DNA of 64,000 bases from Narcine bancroftii (Eukaryota): contig NC_091469.1 in assembly GCF_036971445.1 (NCBI RefSeq), positions 303,242,001-303,306,000 on the forward strand, in the 5' to 3' direction. The notes beneath the pieces are model-generated. The model was not told where the DNA came from and searched no databases. It was given only the letters and a program-made list of their open reading frames with translations. Positions 10,270 through 21,820 of the stretch are shown one piece after another. The first letter of the stretch is position 1; every line of letters begins with the position of its first letter. The translations under genes and the position numbers were made by a program.

Positions 10270-12662
10270 CAGTAAAATCTATGGTAACAGGGGCATTGCT
10301 AAGGTGGGGGGGGGGGGAGGTTGAGCAGTCGCTCCCCCGCCCAGCAGCTCCCCCAAGCCCCATGGCCCATCCGTAACACATATTTTTGAACTCTGGTGTG
10401 AGACCATGGAATCTGCCACAGATGCGGTGGTTTTACAGTTCAAAAACAGGTGCCACTACTTCCCTCGGCCTACACTGCAGTTCCTCACGCCCAATTTCGA
10501 AACCTCCCTCAGCCTAAACTGGAGCTCCAATCTCCCACCCAGTTGCGCAGTAGGGCGAGGGGAGGGTTTGGAGTTGGCGTTGGGAGTTCTGTTGTAGGCC
10601 AAGTTGAGGGTTCGAAGTTGCTGTTGGGTCTCTGGTGTAGAGGGAGGGGAGGTTAAGAGTCGGGCATTGGGAGCTCCAGTCACAGGGAAAGGGAGAGGAA
10701 GGAGTGATGGAAGGGGATAGGAGGGTGGCAGGAAGTGGGAAGAGAGGTTGGAGAGAGGAGAGTGGCATGGAGGCTTGCCTTACCAATACACCTGCATTAA
10801 GAATAAACAGTTTAAAACATAAAATAATACTCCACTGTGCTTACACTGAACAAACTTCACTTCCATGAATAAATAAAATTTAAACCATTTTAGTTTATTT
10901 TCAGTAATTTTCTTTGAAAACATTTAACTGTCGTTGCATCTTCAGGTTCCTCCCCCTCTATGGAGCCACACAAAAGACAGTCAATAACACTATAGATAAT
11001 TGACCCCACCCCCTTCCCAAGTGTACAGATAAAGCCTCTGACTGGGGTGACTCTTATTAAGCAGAGATAAGGAACGACTTTAAGAGCGTCATCCCTTTCA
11101 GGAATAGCATAGAATGTGTATTAAGCATTTTAAAGATCTTTTTATCGATAACAGTTTTGCATCATTTGAACAACTTTCTGAAAAGTTCAACCTACCCATT
11201 TTTTTTTTCAGATATTTGCAAATCAGGGATTTTCTCCATTCTCAGATATCTAACTTTCCTAGGGTGCTTGATACAAATATCATTGATGAGTTTCTTAGAT
11301 TGCAACTCTCATGCAAAGGTTTAATATCCGTTATCTTTGATAAGTTGGCAAGTTTAAGACGTGACACTCTTGACAAAATTAAAACGGCCTTGTAACAGGA
11401 TTTAAGCCTTTCATTGTTGGATGAGGTTTGGAATTCAATTTTGAAGATAGTTAACTCCACATCCCTCTGTGCCCATCATGGCCTGTTGCAATTTAAAGTT
11501 CTGCATATGTCCATAGTCAAATTATCTCATATTTATTTGGATGTGAATTCTTGTTATAACAAATATAGGAGAGGTGAAGATTCCCTTATTCACATGTTCT
11601 CAATGTGTCCTTGCCTCGAAAAATAGTGGAGGGATGTTTTCCAAACCTTATCCCTAATTCTTAATTTAAGTCTAGAACCTAACCCATTGGTGCCCATTTT
11701 GTTACCACTGGAGGGGATGATGTTCGCTTGACTCCAATCAAATGTTGTATTCTGTCTTTCGCCTCTCTTTTGGCCAGACGTGCGGTATTACTAAGATAGA
11801 AGGATGCTGCCCACCCACCCATGCTCAGTAGTTGAGGGATATTATGTCTTGCTTAAATATTGAAAATATTCGCTATTCAGTTAGTAATTCAGACATAAGA
11901 TTCCAAAAGTTGTGGGGACCGTTCCCGAATTATTTTCAGAACCTATAAACCTGACTTCCAGCACCTTATTGTGTTACTTCAGAAACAAAGTATACTTTTA
12001 ATTTTCGAACTCCAGCCTGCAGATGGGTTTAAGAGATGAGGAATAAAATAAATACTATTTAGACTAAAATTGTAAGATGTGCTTTTATATCATGGATGTG
12101 CTCCATAAGTTAGATAATTTTGTTGAGTTCTTTAAATTTGATATCTATGTTGTGTATTCTACAAATGTTCTGTATATATTTGTTTACTTATGTAAAAATA
12201 TAAAGAAGGGAAGAACATCACCCAGCAGTGCGTGACATTAACAAGCTTTTTATTCTGCGCGGTGACATTGCTGTTTCACACAATTTGATTCAAAGAGCTG
12301 CCAAGAGCTAAGGCACTCCGCTCGCTGGCTGAATATTTGCTCGCATCTTCAGAGAACATTTACTTTTAAAAAAAAATTATTGATTTCAATAAAAAACAAA
12401 ATTGGTACAGTTCAATAAGATGATATGGACAGTTAAACAAACTAAATAAGATTGGTATTAAAATAAAAATGAAGGTTAAGCAATTATAATAATATAAAGA
12501 ACTTGGAAAAGATACAAGTCAGACAATTTAGAGAACATTTACTTTTACAATTTTAAACTTGCATATTTGTATAATTCTATTTATTTATTTATCTTCCCCT
12601 TTTTTTGCTGGTTGCTTGAGTCTACCAGTTGCTCAAAATTCTGGATATCAGGGATTTTACTC
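10270..12662. mobile_element. Long Tigger-like non-autonomous element interrupted by an L1 fragment
   Basis: Left end TA-cagtaaaatctatggtaac; right end ggatatcagggattttactc-TA, matching the 8791-9013 MITE termini; L1 lies inside. Confidence 0.5.
11075..12213 (+). mobile_element. L1-clade LINE 3' fragment (ORF2 C-terminal/zf-RVT region plus 3'UTR)
   Basis: KDLFIDNSFASFEQLSEKFNLP..FFRYLQIRDF, SLCA.HGLLQFKVLH, SLIHMF.MCP.LE typical of fish L1 ORF2; several stops and frameshifts. Confidence 0.85.
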
Positions 12663-13844
12663 TATTTTAAAAACAACTTCTGAAAGTGGACACACACAGG
12701 ACATAAATTTATATCCCAGTGGAAGTTTTGATGGTGCACTTGGTACTCATGGGCTTTGTCTATTCCATTTGAAAAGGTGTATGCTTGCAATGCTGATCCT
12801 CAGTGATAAACACGCCTTTGTGTGAATTACAATTTGATTGAAAGGTGGGTGTTTCTTTAAATCAGTCATTTCCATTTCTTCTTCAGAGCCTTGAATGCTG
12901 AACTGTAAAATAATAGTGTTTGAATGAGACTGCAGTGGTCTCTCTTTTAATTCAAAGTCTTAACCCTTGAGCAGGCTCCTAATGCAAATGTGAAAAGCAA
13001 ACCATCTTTAAAAAAATTTATGCATGTATCTGCTTTGCTGAGAAATATTGAATTGCTGGAGGAACTTAGCTGGTCTCACAGAGTCTGCAGGATGTAAAGA
13101 TATATTACCAATATATTGGGTTGAGCTCTTTCTCAAGTAAGCACAGAAATGTGTAAAAAAGCAATGGAACCAGATGGTTCTGGATTTACCTAAAATTGGA
13201 AGAATTGATTTGAGATTGTGCTCTCTATTCATTAATATAGTATAAAGATTTCAGTCCCCACATTGTGCTTGCTTCACTATTTAGTGGCTTGGAATGTATG
13301 TATTGGGTTCAGAATTGTGAATGTAAACAGCAATAAAACTTTTATGTCAATTGATCTATGGAAGCCATGTCACTTTAAGGTGGGATCCGGATGGTTTGTA
13401 ACCAGTGATGTAAGTAATTCAACAGATTTTGGATATTGATGAAAGGCACTCTTTTTCATAAAGAGCTTTGAACCTCTTGGTGGGCATGATGGAAGTGCGG
13501 TGAGAGGTCCTCTTCTCACAGGAGCCCATGAACCCATTCAGATTCCTAATTGGCAGGAGGCAAAGGTCAAAAGGTCACCCAAGCAGTGAAGCGCTAAGGT
13601 CCTGTTTACCAAGTTCTGTGTCTTCTCATGCAGTGTCAAAAACATTAAATTCTATCACCATACCCACACACTCATCCTCAGTGAACACTCCTTCTTCTGA
13701 CCACCACTGATTCATTGTCACACAGGAATCACTTACTGCAGACCTTACAGCCACATACATAATGCTTTGGCAGCCCTGTGCTTGAAACATCAACCTACAG
13801 CCTTGTCCATGATTGCATTTCAAAATAAATAAAATAGTAAAAGC

Positions 13845-14003
13845 AAAAGACAAAGTAAGGTCATGTCTATGGTTTATTATTCATTCAGAAATCTGATGGC
13901 AGAGGGGAAGAAGCTGTCTTTGTGCCGCAGAGTGCTTGTCTTCAGGCTCCTGTACCTCCTTCCTGATGGTAGCAGAGAGAAAAAGGCATGGCCTGGGAGG
14001 TGG
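13845..14003 (-). mobile_element. Rex/Babar LINE 3' fragment
   Basis: aatctgatggcagaggggaagaagctgtc..tgtacctccttcctgatggtagc is the reverse complement of the 4000-4120 region. Confidence 0.75.
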
Positions 14004-14339
14004 GGATATTCCTAAACTAAGACTCGTACAGCAGTCTTACTCTGCAGAGAGCTGCATCTGGGCAAGGCTTTGCGTGCCACTTTGCCTAGTGACCCAGTGG
14101 TGCAGACGCATCTTGAAGCCATCCTCCACAATGAAGGATTGAAGCGTTATTGCTGGAACCCTTGTTGCTTGTATCAGTGATGTTTAGGAGTCATTTAGAC
14201 AGGCACTTAAATAATCAGGGCACAGAAGGATACTGACTTAATGAAGGTCAATGGGAATTAAATAGATACGTAAAAGTTTGATATGGTGGCCCACAGGGCC
14301 TGTTTCTGTATGCAACTGCAACTCTAGTAACCAAATTGT

Positions 14340-14608
14340 TGATGGGATAGTGGCTGCTTTCTTAAGAAAGCACCTCTTGTAGATATCCTTGATGGAGTGA
14401 AGACTGATGCCTCCGTTGTCAAAGGCCGAGTTAACAACCCTCTGGAGATTTTTTCCTTTCCTGAGCATTGTACCAGATATTGATGCAACCAGCCAGAATT
14501 ATCTCAACAGTACACCTGCAGATGTTTTCAAACCAAATCTCTTCAAACTCCTCAAAAAGTATAGAGGCTAGCGAGCCTCCTTCGTAATTGAATTGACATG
14601 GAGGCTCA
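14340..14608 (-). mobile_element. Rex/Babar LINE fragment
   Basis: Minus-strand peptide LQRVVNSA..LHSIKDIYKRCFLKKAA. Confidence 0.75.
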
Positions 14609-14786
14609 ATTTATTTTTATCTTTTCCCTTCAAATTCCATAATGCATTTCCAATCATCGACCATGGATCACACTGATGGCTAATGTCAGCTCTTTAAAAA
14701 AGCATAGGCAACTGTTAGAACGTTCTTTCTTTGTGTCTATGCACCACTGCTGCTACTGTTTAATTATTATTATTGCAGGCCTGAGT

Positions 14787-15525
14787 TAGATCAGATCAGA
14801 TACTATTTATTAGTACAATATTACACAAACTTGCCTTAAGTCTGCTATAAGGCAGACAAAGTATCATCAATAGCATTACCTGCCGCTTCCTACAGTCAGA
14901 AAAAGAGAAGCAAAAGAGAGTCCTCTCACAGGCACTTCGTGTGCTTGGATTAGTCTCCAGGGCTTCCTCATCCTCCGCAGCTGCACAAGACTCCAGTTCC
15001 GTTCAAACCACTGGCAACCAGAACCCAGATCCAAACCTCTAATGTGGAAATCTTCAGCGCCATGGGCCATTTGAGAGCCCTTATTGCCCTTACTACCCAG
15101 TTCCAAAACCTTGTTCTCATGACCCAGCCTTCAGCAGCCTGTTATAAGACCTTAGACCAAAGGTCACCAACAGCCCATGGCCTGTTTGGGTTCCTCATCC
15201 ACACATTCGCAACACCTCGCCGCCTGCATGTGTCCTTCAGATGCAGAGCTGCTCGCTGATATGTCACTATGGTCACTGTCTCCTTGAGCTTGTCTCCTCT
15301 GCTTCATGTTCTCAGTGGGGAGGTGTTCTCCCCATTGCTGATGCCCTGCACAGACAAGGCCATTTTGGGCCAGGCCCCACAGTTGCAGAATTTTAAGTAA
15401 AACAGAATCATCAGATGTAGGAAGGGCAGTAGGACCCTTTAAGGGAGCGCTGAGTCTCCGCTCCCGAGTCTGCTCAGCGCCAGTACTGCTGTTACAGTAG
15501 CTTCGTCAGTGCTGACGTTTCTTTT
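14787..15525 (-). mobile_element. Non-coding ~0.75-kb retroposon family copy
   Basis: Shares tttatt..acacaaa..ctgc..taaggcagac, agaaaaagagaagcaaaa, cagatccaaacct and ttctcccc blocks with 19525-20304 and 32870-33430. Confidence 0.6.
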
Positions 15526-16589
15526 AACTTCCAATTTAATTCTAAGATACTTGGTAAAGAGATGGATTGCTAATTTAAATCGGCATGGTTCAAAGGTCAG
15601 AAGACTTTAAATTTTTGACTACAAATGAACTGCTCAGGCCCATAACATTGGATGCTGCGTGACCTGCTGAGCTTCTCCAGAATTTTTGTGCATTGCACTG
15701 CTCTATTGGCAGTTATGCTTCTGATGTCAATGGTGGTTTCTCGATCAAGAAGTCCACTCTTTACCTTACTCATTACTTAAGTATTTACACTCATCATGAG
15801 AAATGTGGGAAATTCCATAACTTTAACAATCTGAGCCACTCATCTTTGAAATTGTTGAAGAATTCCAGTGGTTGCGTTCCAGTTCTCCTGATGGTTGATT
15901 TAACTATTTTTATTGGTGGAGGTTGAGGTGACTTTGATTATATAGGTTGAGATTTATATAGGTTGTATGTGTGCATATATAGATAGAGATAGAGATAAAT
16001 AAAATCATCATAATTATGGATTTACAAAAAAACATATCACATCAACACTGTATTTGCCAGCTGTATTTGGATAGAGAGAGAAAAATATATTGTTTATGAT
16101 ATTTATAGCAGATTGCAAAAATAAAACCTAAACATTCAAAGTTGTTTCACACCTTGACAACGTTGCTGGAATGAATGAATTCTTTGAGATGTGCAAACAC
16201 TATTCTTAGCCATTTGCAAACACTATTGGAGGAAGCACAGTGTGGCTGATTTGCAAATGGTAAATAAGACGGCAGGGGGGCAATTTTCCAAGTCCATGAT
16301 TCAGAGAGGGGATCTCTGCCGAGAAATGAACAAATTGGAAAGTTGCGTTAGCTGATTCGATTGTTCCAACCGTTAATTTTAATAGATAGAAAATTACTGG
16401 CAGTGTGATGGTGCATTCCAAGTGCACAATAGCCAGTAGATCTAGGCTGAACCGAAAACTCACCATGGCAGCGAGTCTTAAAGAGGAGTTAAATTGTGAA
16501 TTGAATGTGGATGGGTGAGATATTCCATTTGGAATTTTGCATGTTTATCTCATTCTTTAAGTTGTTTTTGAGCTAATTTGAAACTTCTT

Positions 16590-17172
16590 TTTAGTTCTAC
16601 TCATGTAATCATCTAATCTTTTTGGCCACTTTTTATGGCCGAAAAAGGTGGGGGGGGGGGGTCGACTTTTGCATGGCTCAAACCTTTGATCTTGTGAAGT
16701 ACCCACATTGTTAAAGGTATTGGGTGCTCGGATGGCCAGGACCAGGTGGTAAGTCCACAGTTGGGGTGTGGGGGCCGGGACCAGGTTGTAAGTCCGCTGT
16801 TGGGGCTTCAGGAGTTTGGATGGGTGGATGTCTGGGGGAAGGATCCATGGTCAGGAATGCGGGGATGGGCGAGCAGTCGGCAGGAGAATCCATGGTAGGG
16901 AGCTTGGATGGGCGAGTGGCTGGGGTTTTGAAGGATGGATGATTGGGTTGAGGATCTGCGGTCAGGAGCCTGGATGGGTGGGCGGCCAAATTGAGGATCA
17001 ATGGTTGGGAGCTCAGAACAATAGGATACTGGGGCATTGGGAGCTCCGGTGGGCTGGCAGCTGGGACCGACTTTTAGATGTGTCATACAAAAACACCCAA
17101 TTATTGGGCCAAAAAAAGGAGAGGGGTGGTCCACTATTACACAGCATCGACAATTACACAAGTATATATAGT
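16590..17172. mobile_element. Non-autonomous Tc2/pogo-like DNA element with GC-rich internal degenerate tandem repeats
   Basis: Ends resemble tactcatgtaat.. / ..attacacaagtatatatagta; inverted ttttggcc/ggccaaaa and gtcgact motifs; internal ~35-40-bp imperfect repeats (ggatgggcgag..atccatggt). Confidence 0.5.
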
Positions 17173-17814
17173 ATTTTTTTAGATGCAACCTTAGCACTGC
17201 TTTCAATGGAAGGTAATTGGTACAAAAGAGCATTTCTCTTTTCAGGATCAAATGTCTGGCCTGGCCTGGTTCCCCCAGTAATAAGAGAAGCAAAAAAAGT
17301 CCTTTCAGAGACACCATGTCTGTGGTTTCACCTTCTACTCCCCTGCCACCTAAACAGCTGAATGGGCCTCCTGCCCATTCCATTGATGAACCTGAGTTCC
17401 CAGTTCTGAACCGTTGATTTGTTTGGGAAGCTGTCAATACCAAAGACCCCGCTGGGAACCCTTCCTTACCATGTGCCCTCTCATGATTCCAGGTTCTGAT
17501 ACCTCATTCCCAAGAACCAGCCTTCAGCAGTCCTCAGTCTGGACTGAGTCCCTCACCCACCACTCTCCAGCAGCACCTTATTTGTAATAATTTTCAACTT
17601 AACCTAAGTTGATGTAATCAACATTTTGCATTTGATTGTCCAAAAATTCAGCCTTTGAAGCAAAGCTTATAAACAATACCCCTCACGTTCTCACTTACAA
17701 GGATTGGAAAGGAAGCTAATGGACAATAAACAATAACATCAAATGAAGAAGATTTTAGAAATTGTACTTGGATTAAAAAATGGCAGGGAGAGTAGTTTGT
17801 CTTCATTAACCTCT

Positions 17815-18728
17815 TCAGAATCAGAATTTATTGTCATGAACGTGTCACAGTGCAAACATTCATGTTATGAACCATCTTACAACAATAATATAAAAAATAA
17901 AATTAATAGTGCGTGAAAAGTAAAGCAGTGTCTTTGGGTCATTGATGGCAGCGGGGAAGAAACTGTCCTTGTGTCGTTGAGTGCTCGTCTTTAGGCCCCT
18001 GTACCTTTTTCCTGATGGTAGCAGAGTAAAGAGCCTGGGTTTTGGGGTCTTTGAGGATAGAGGCTGCTGTTTTAAGACACCGCCTCCAGCAGATGTCCGC
18101 GATGGAGTGAAATCTGGTGCCTATGATGTCACAGGCTGAGTTAACAACCCTCTGGAGGCTTTCCTTGTCCTGAGATTTGGCACCTTCATACCACACAGTG
18201 ATAGAATCAACCAGAATGCTCTCCATGGTACACCTGTAGAAGTTTTCAAGTGTCTTCGGTGACATACCAAATTTCCTCAAGCCTTCTTCATGATTGCATC
18301 AACATGGAGGCTCCAGGACAGATCCTAGGAGGTTTGTTCTTGAGAATTTGAAGTTCTTGGCCCTCTCCACTTCTGAGCCCTCGATAAGGACTGGGACATG
18401 TTCCCCTGACTCCGTCCTGAAGCCCACAATCATCTCCTTGGTTTTAATAATGTTGAGTTCAAATTTCTTGTAATACCACTCATAGAGCTGTTCTATCTCC
18501 CTCCTGTTCACTTCCTCATTGCCGTTTGTGATTCTGTTGACATTGTGGTGTCATCGGCAAATTTTTAGATAGCATTGGAATTGTGTCTGGGTGTATAATC
18601 AGTAGAACAGTGGGCTAAGCATTCATCTTTGAGGGGGTGCCTGTGTTGATAATCATTGAGGAGGAGACATTATTTCCAATTTGTACACACTGTACTCTTC
18701 TGTTGAGAAAACCAAGGATCCAGTTGCA
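17815..18728 (-). mobile_element. Rex/Babar LINE, 5'-truncated
   Basis: (tcagaa)n-tttattgtcatg tail; minus-strand ORFs KFGMSPKTLENFYRCTMESIL and TKEMIVGFR; homologous to 2970-4253. Confidence 0.9.
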
Positions 18729-18842
18729 TTTTGATAAATTATTTAACAGAGCAAAATGGTGCAAGAAGGGTTCTCAGAAGAAGGAGAGGTAAGAAACACA
18801 AAGTGTCCCCAAGCCACATATGACATTGAGCAAAGTCACAAT

Positions 18843-19078
18843 TGTGGCAGGTTGCACCAAAGGAAAACACAGGCACAATACTGTTTGGGGCGACACAGCT
18901 TTATTCCACTCACATCAAGGTCTAGTTGGCTGCTAGCTGGGCTTACAGTGGTCCTGGGGGAGAGACACGGTCGGGACCTCTGCTTTATACCATGTGCCCG
19001 CCTGGTGGTCAGATGTTATTAGGCCAGGTGCCGTCTCTCACCTGGTGGCCATATGATTTACTGCAGTGTATCGTCACA
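18843..19078 (-). mobile_element. Solo LTR (236 bp), Gypsy/BEL-like
   Basis: tgtggc...gtcaca termini; perfect 5-bp TSD ACAAT (18838-18842, 19079-19083); minus-strand TATA (tttata) and polyA signal (tttatt) in the correct order. Confidence 0.85.
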
Positions 19079-19084
19079 ACAATA

Positions 19085-19290
19085 AGATTGATTTAATGGT
19101 GGGTTTTAAGATGGCCCTTAAATGTGCAGAGAGTGATTGGAGAGTGAGCACCTTTGGGGAAGCAGTTCATCTTGGGGGGGAAAGGCAGATGAAAACATGG
19201 TGCGTCTCAGTGGGGCAATGCAAATCAGGGATAAGAAAGTGGCAGCAATTGGAGGAGCACAGCGACACCAATGGTTCTTTGGCCTGAAAG
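19085..19290 (-). mobile_element. Old L2 LINE 3' fragment
   Basis: gggttttaag..cttaaa..gagagtg..ttggggaagcagttc..aaggcagatgaaaacatgg pattern is typical of reversed L2 3' ends. Confidence 0.4.
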
Positions 19291-19524
19291 AGTTTACAGA
19301 CAATATATTTTTTAAAAAGTCTTTTTTAAATGACCCTACGAGTAACATAGTGTTAGGTTAGTGATTTAATGTGTACATTTTTCCAGTGATTATACTGCTT
19401 GGGCTGTGTTAAAAGCTTACAAAATGAGTAATCCATGGAAAAATATCTTGGAACTTGCCAACAATCTATCAGTTTTATTTGTGGGCACCCTAAACACCTG
19501 CTTTATCTGGGAAATGCTGAAATC

Positions 19525-20304
19525 GATCCAAGATTCCTTTATTGTCATTGTACAAATTGTGTAATCTTACACAAAATTGGCTTCTGCCTGCCGTAAGGTA
19601 GAGTCACCACTGGTGTCATTTAGACCCCCCCCCCCCTTTGGGTAAGAAAGAAAGAGAAGCAAAACATTGTCCCTTCAGATTCAGTGAGTGTCCGTGGATT
19701 GACCTCCAGCGCTCCCGCAGACGTACAGGCTCCTGTTTGATTCATTGGCAACACAAGCTCCAGATCCAAACCTTCAACATGATCAAGAAGCCTTCATGCT
19801 TTCTTTCCTTCAGCACCCTCTTGAAACCTGGCTCCAATACCAGGTTCCCATAAGCTAGTCTCCAGCATCCCATGCAGGTCCACCTTGCACAAGTCACTCA
19901 GCCTTTGTGACCCCCTCAGCCGCTGAGCCCCAAGCTGGTTCATTGCCATGGTCACCATCCTGTTAGGTAATCTTCTCGGCTTCTCCTTCTCATCAGGATG
20001 GGGGGGGGGGGGGGAGTATTCTCCCCATTTCTTGTGCTGTGTGCCAGTCTGTTGTTCTCCTGAAGTCTGCAACCCTTTGTGGCCCCTGCTGAACATGTGT
20101 CATAATCTTGAGCTCAGACCTCTGAGGTTTCAGGCTTTTACTTACAAACACTGTCAGCTACTTTAGCAGGTCATTTAAAGCCTATACAGAGCTGCTAACA
20201 TTGGAACTGGGCAGTTGAGCCCTTCGGAGCAGTGCTCTCTCTCCTCTCTCCTGGGTCTGCACCAGCACTGCCATTGGAGCAGCTCTGGCAGGACCACCAT
20301 TTTG
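19525..20304 (-). mobile_element. Non-coding ~0.78-kb retroposon family copy (apparently full length)
   Basis: The minus strand begins caaaatggtgg (YY1-like) and ends gacaataaaggaatcttggat; no ORF; homologues elsewhere in the window. Confidence 0.65.
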
Positions 20305-20544
20305 ACCTTTGGTTTGAAAATAATTAGGATTAATAATATTAGCTAAGAGATGTAGACCTGACTCCTTTATCTCATGTTTTATCCAGTTGGAAAGAAAATC
20401 GGTTTATTTACTCTTTTGTACATTACATTGCACAGTAATCAGGAAGTTGAAAGAGGTGCTGCAAATTATTCCCTGAACATGGTTCGAAACTGGTGCAATA
20501 TAGAAGTTCACCAGTACTGCACCATTTACTCAACGTTTGGAAGA

Positions 20545-21820
20545 AGATTCACATAGAATGGAAAAAAAAACAAATTACCAACTACCAAAATTATTATTGA
20601 CACAAAATCAACTAATCCCTTTCACAATAGATAACCTTTCCTTTAGAGAATGGGAGAGAAAAGGAATTAAAAGAATAGAATATTGTTTTTTGGAAAATAA
20701 TTTATTATCTTTTAATCAGTTGAAGTATAAATATGGAATAACTCATGGTACAATGTTTGCATACCACCAACTGAAAATCTACTTAAAGGACAAATTGGGA
20801 AGCAGACTGAGATTACCAGAAGGAAGCAGCTTTGAATATGTGATTACAGACACAATGATAATTAAAAGATTTATAACAAACATGTACATCAAGCTGCAAG
20901 AGAAAGAAAATGATGAAATAAGCTATAAACCCAAACAAAAGTGGGAAAAAAGATCTAAATATAAAGATAAAAAATGAAATATGGGAAAAGTTATGCTCCG
21001 GAACTATGAGAAATATAATAAATATGAGGTTACACATGATACAACATAATTGGTTACACAGGCTATATATCATGCCCCAAAAGTTAAATAAATGGTATTC
21101 AACAGTATCAGATAAATGTTTTCGCTGTAAGAAGGAAACGGGAACAATAGTACATGCAAATTGGGCATGTGAGAAAGTGAAAAAGTATTGGGAAGATCTA
21201 AATCAGGTATAAAAGAAAATCACAAAAAACAACATACCAAAAGATCCAGAGATCTTTCTTCTAAGTAATACAAGAAGTAAAGAATTTGGCCTTAAACTGA
21301 ATGAAGCGCAAAAAAGATTTATTATGATAGCCTTAGCTGTAGCAAAAAAATGTATAATGTCAACCTAGAAATCAGAAGAGAGCCTGAGAGTACAGCAATG
21401 GTACATAGAAATGAATAAATGTATTCCATTGGAAAAAATAACATATAATTTAAAAAAATAAAGTCACATTATTTGAACAAATTTGGGAACCGTACATGGA
21501 ACACAACAGAGAGTGCCTACCACGGACCTCCACCGCCTAAAATGATAGAATGAGAAGAAGACAAAATGAACTGACCCAGTGTGTAAAAGTAGATGACACA
21601 ATTTTCTTGTTTATTTTCATTGAGTGATGACACTGTTTAATGGGTTTATTGTATTGTATATGTTGAATGTTTAGTGGGTTTGGAGGGGGGTGGGAAGGAG
21701 GGAGGGAAGGGAAGGGGGAAAAAAGGGGAGAAAATGCCACTGTATATTCAAGAGGGAAATGTTTGTGTGTATTTTGATTAATATGGTTCATAGTGTGAAA
21801 AATATATTTTTTTTTTAAAA
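20545..21820 (+). mobile_element. L1-clade LINE 3' fragment (second, younger subfamily)
   Basis: LPKLLLTQNQLIPFTIDNLSFREWERKGIKRI, RLHMIQHNWLHRLY, CFRCKKETGT..HANWAC.KVK.YW (CCHC region); G-rich 3'UTR and A-rich end. Confidence 0.88.

Noticed and set aside
14010-14180. GC-richer stretch with a ~55-codon open frame
   Set aside because: No recognisable protein motif or convincing splice sites; it lies between TE fragments.
16190-16262. 13-bp direct repeat tgcaaacactatt and inverted ccatttgcaaa/tttgcaaatgg
   Set aside because: Too short to distinguish from chance or micro-duplication without conservation data.
16711-17443. 108-211-aa Pro/Gly-rich ORFs
   Set aside because: They arise from GC-rich repeats inside a non-autonomous transposon; no recognisable domain or splice context.
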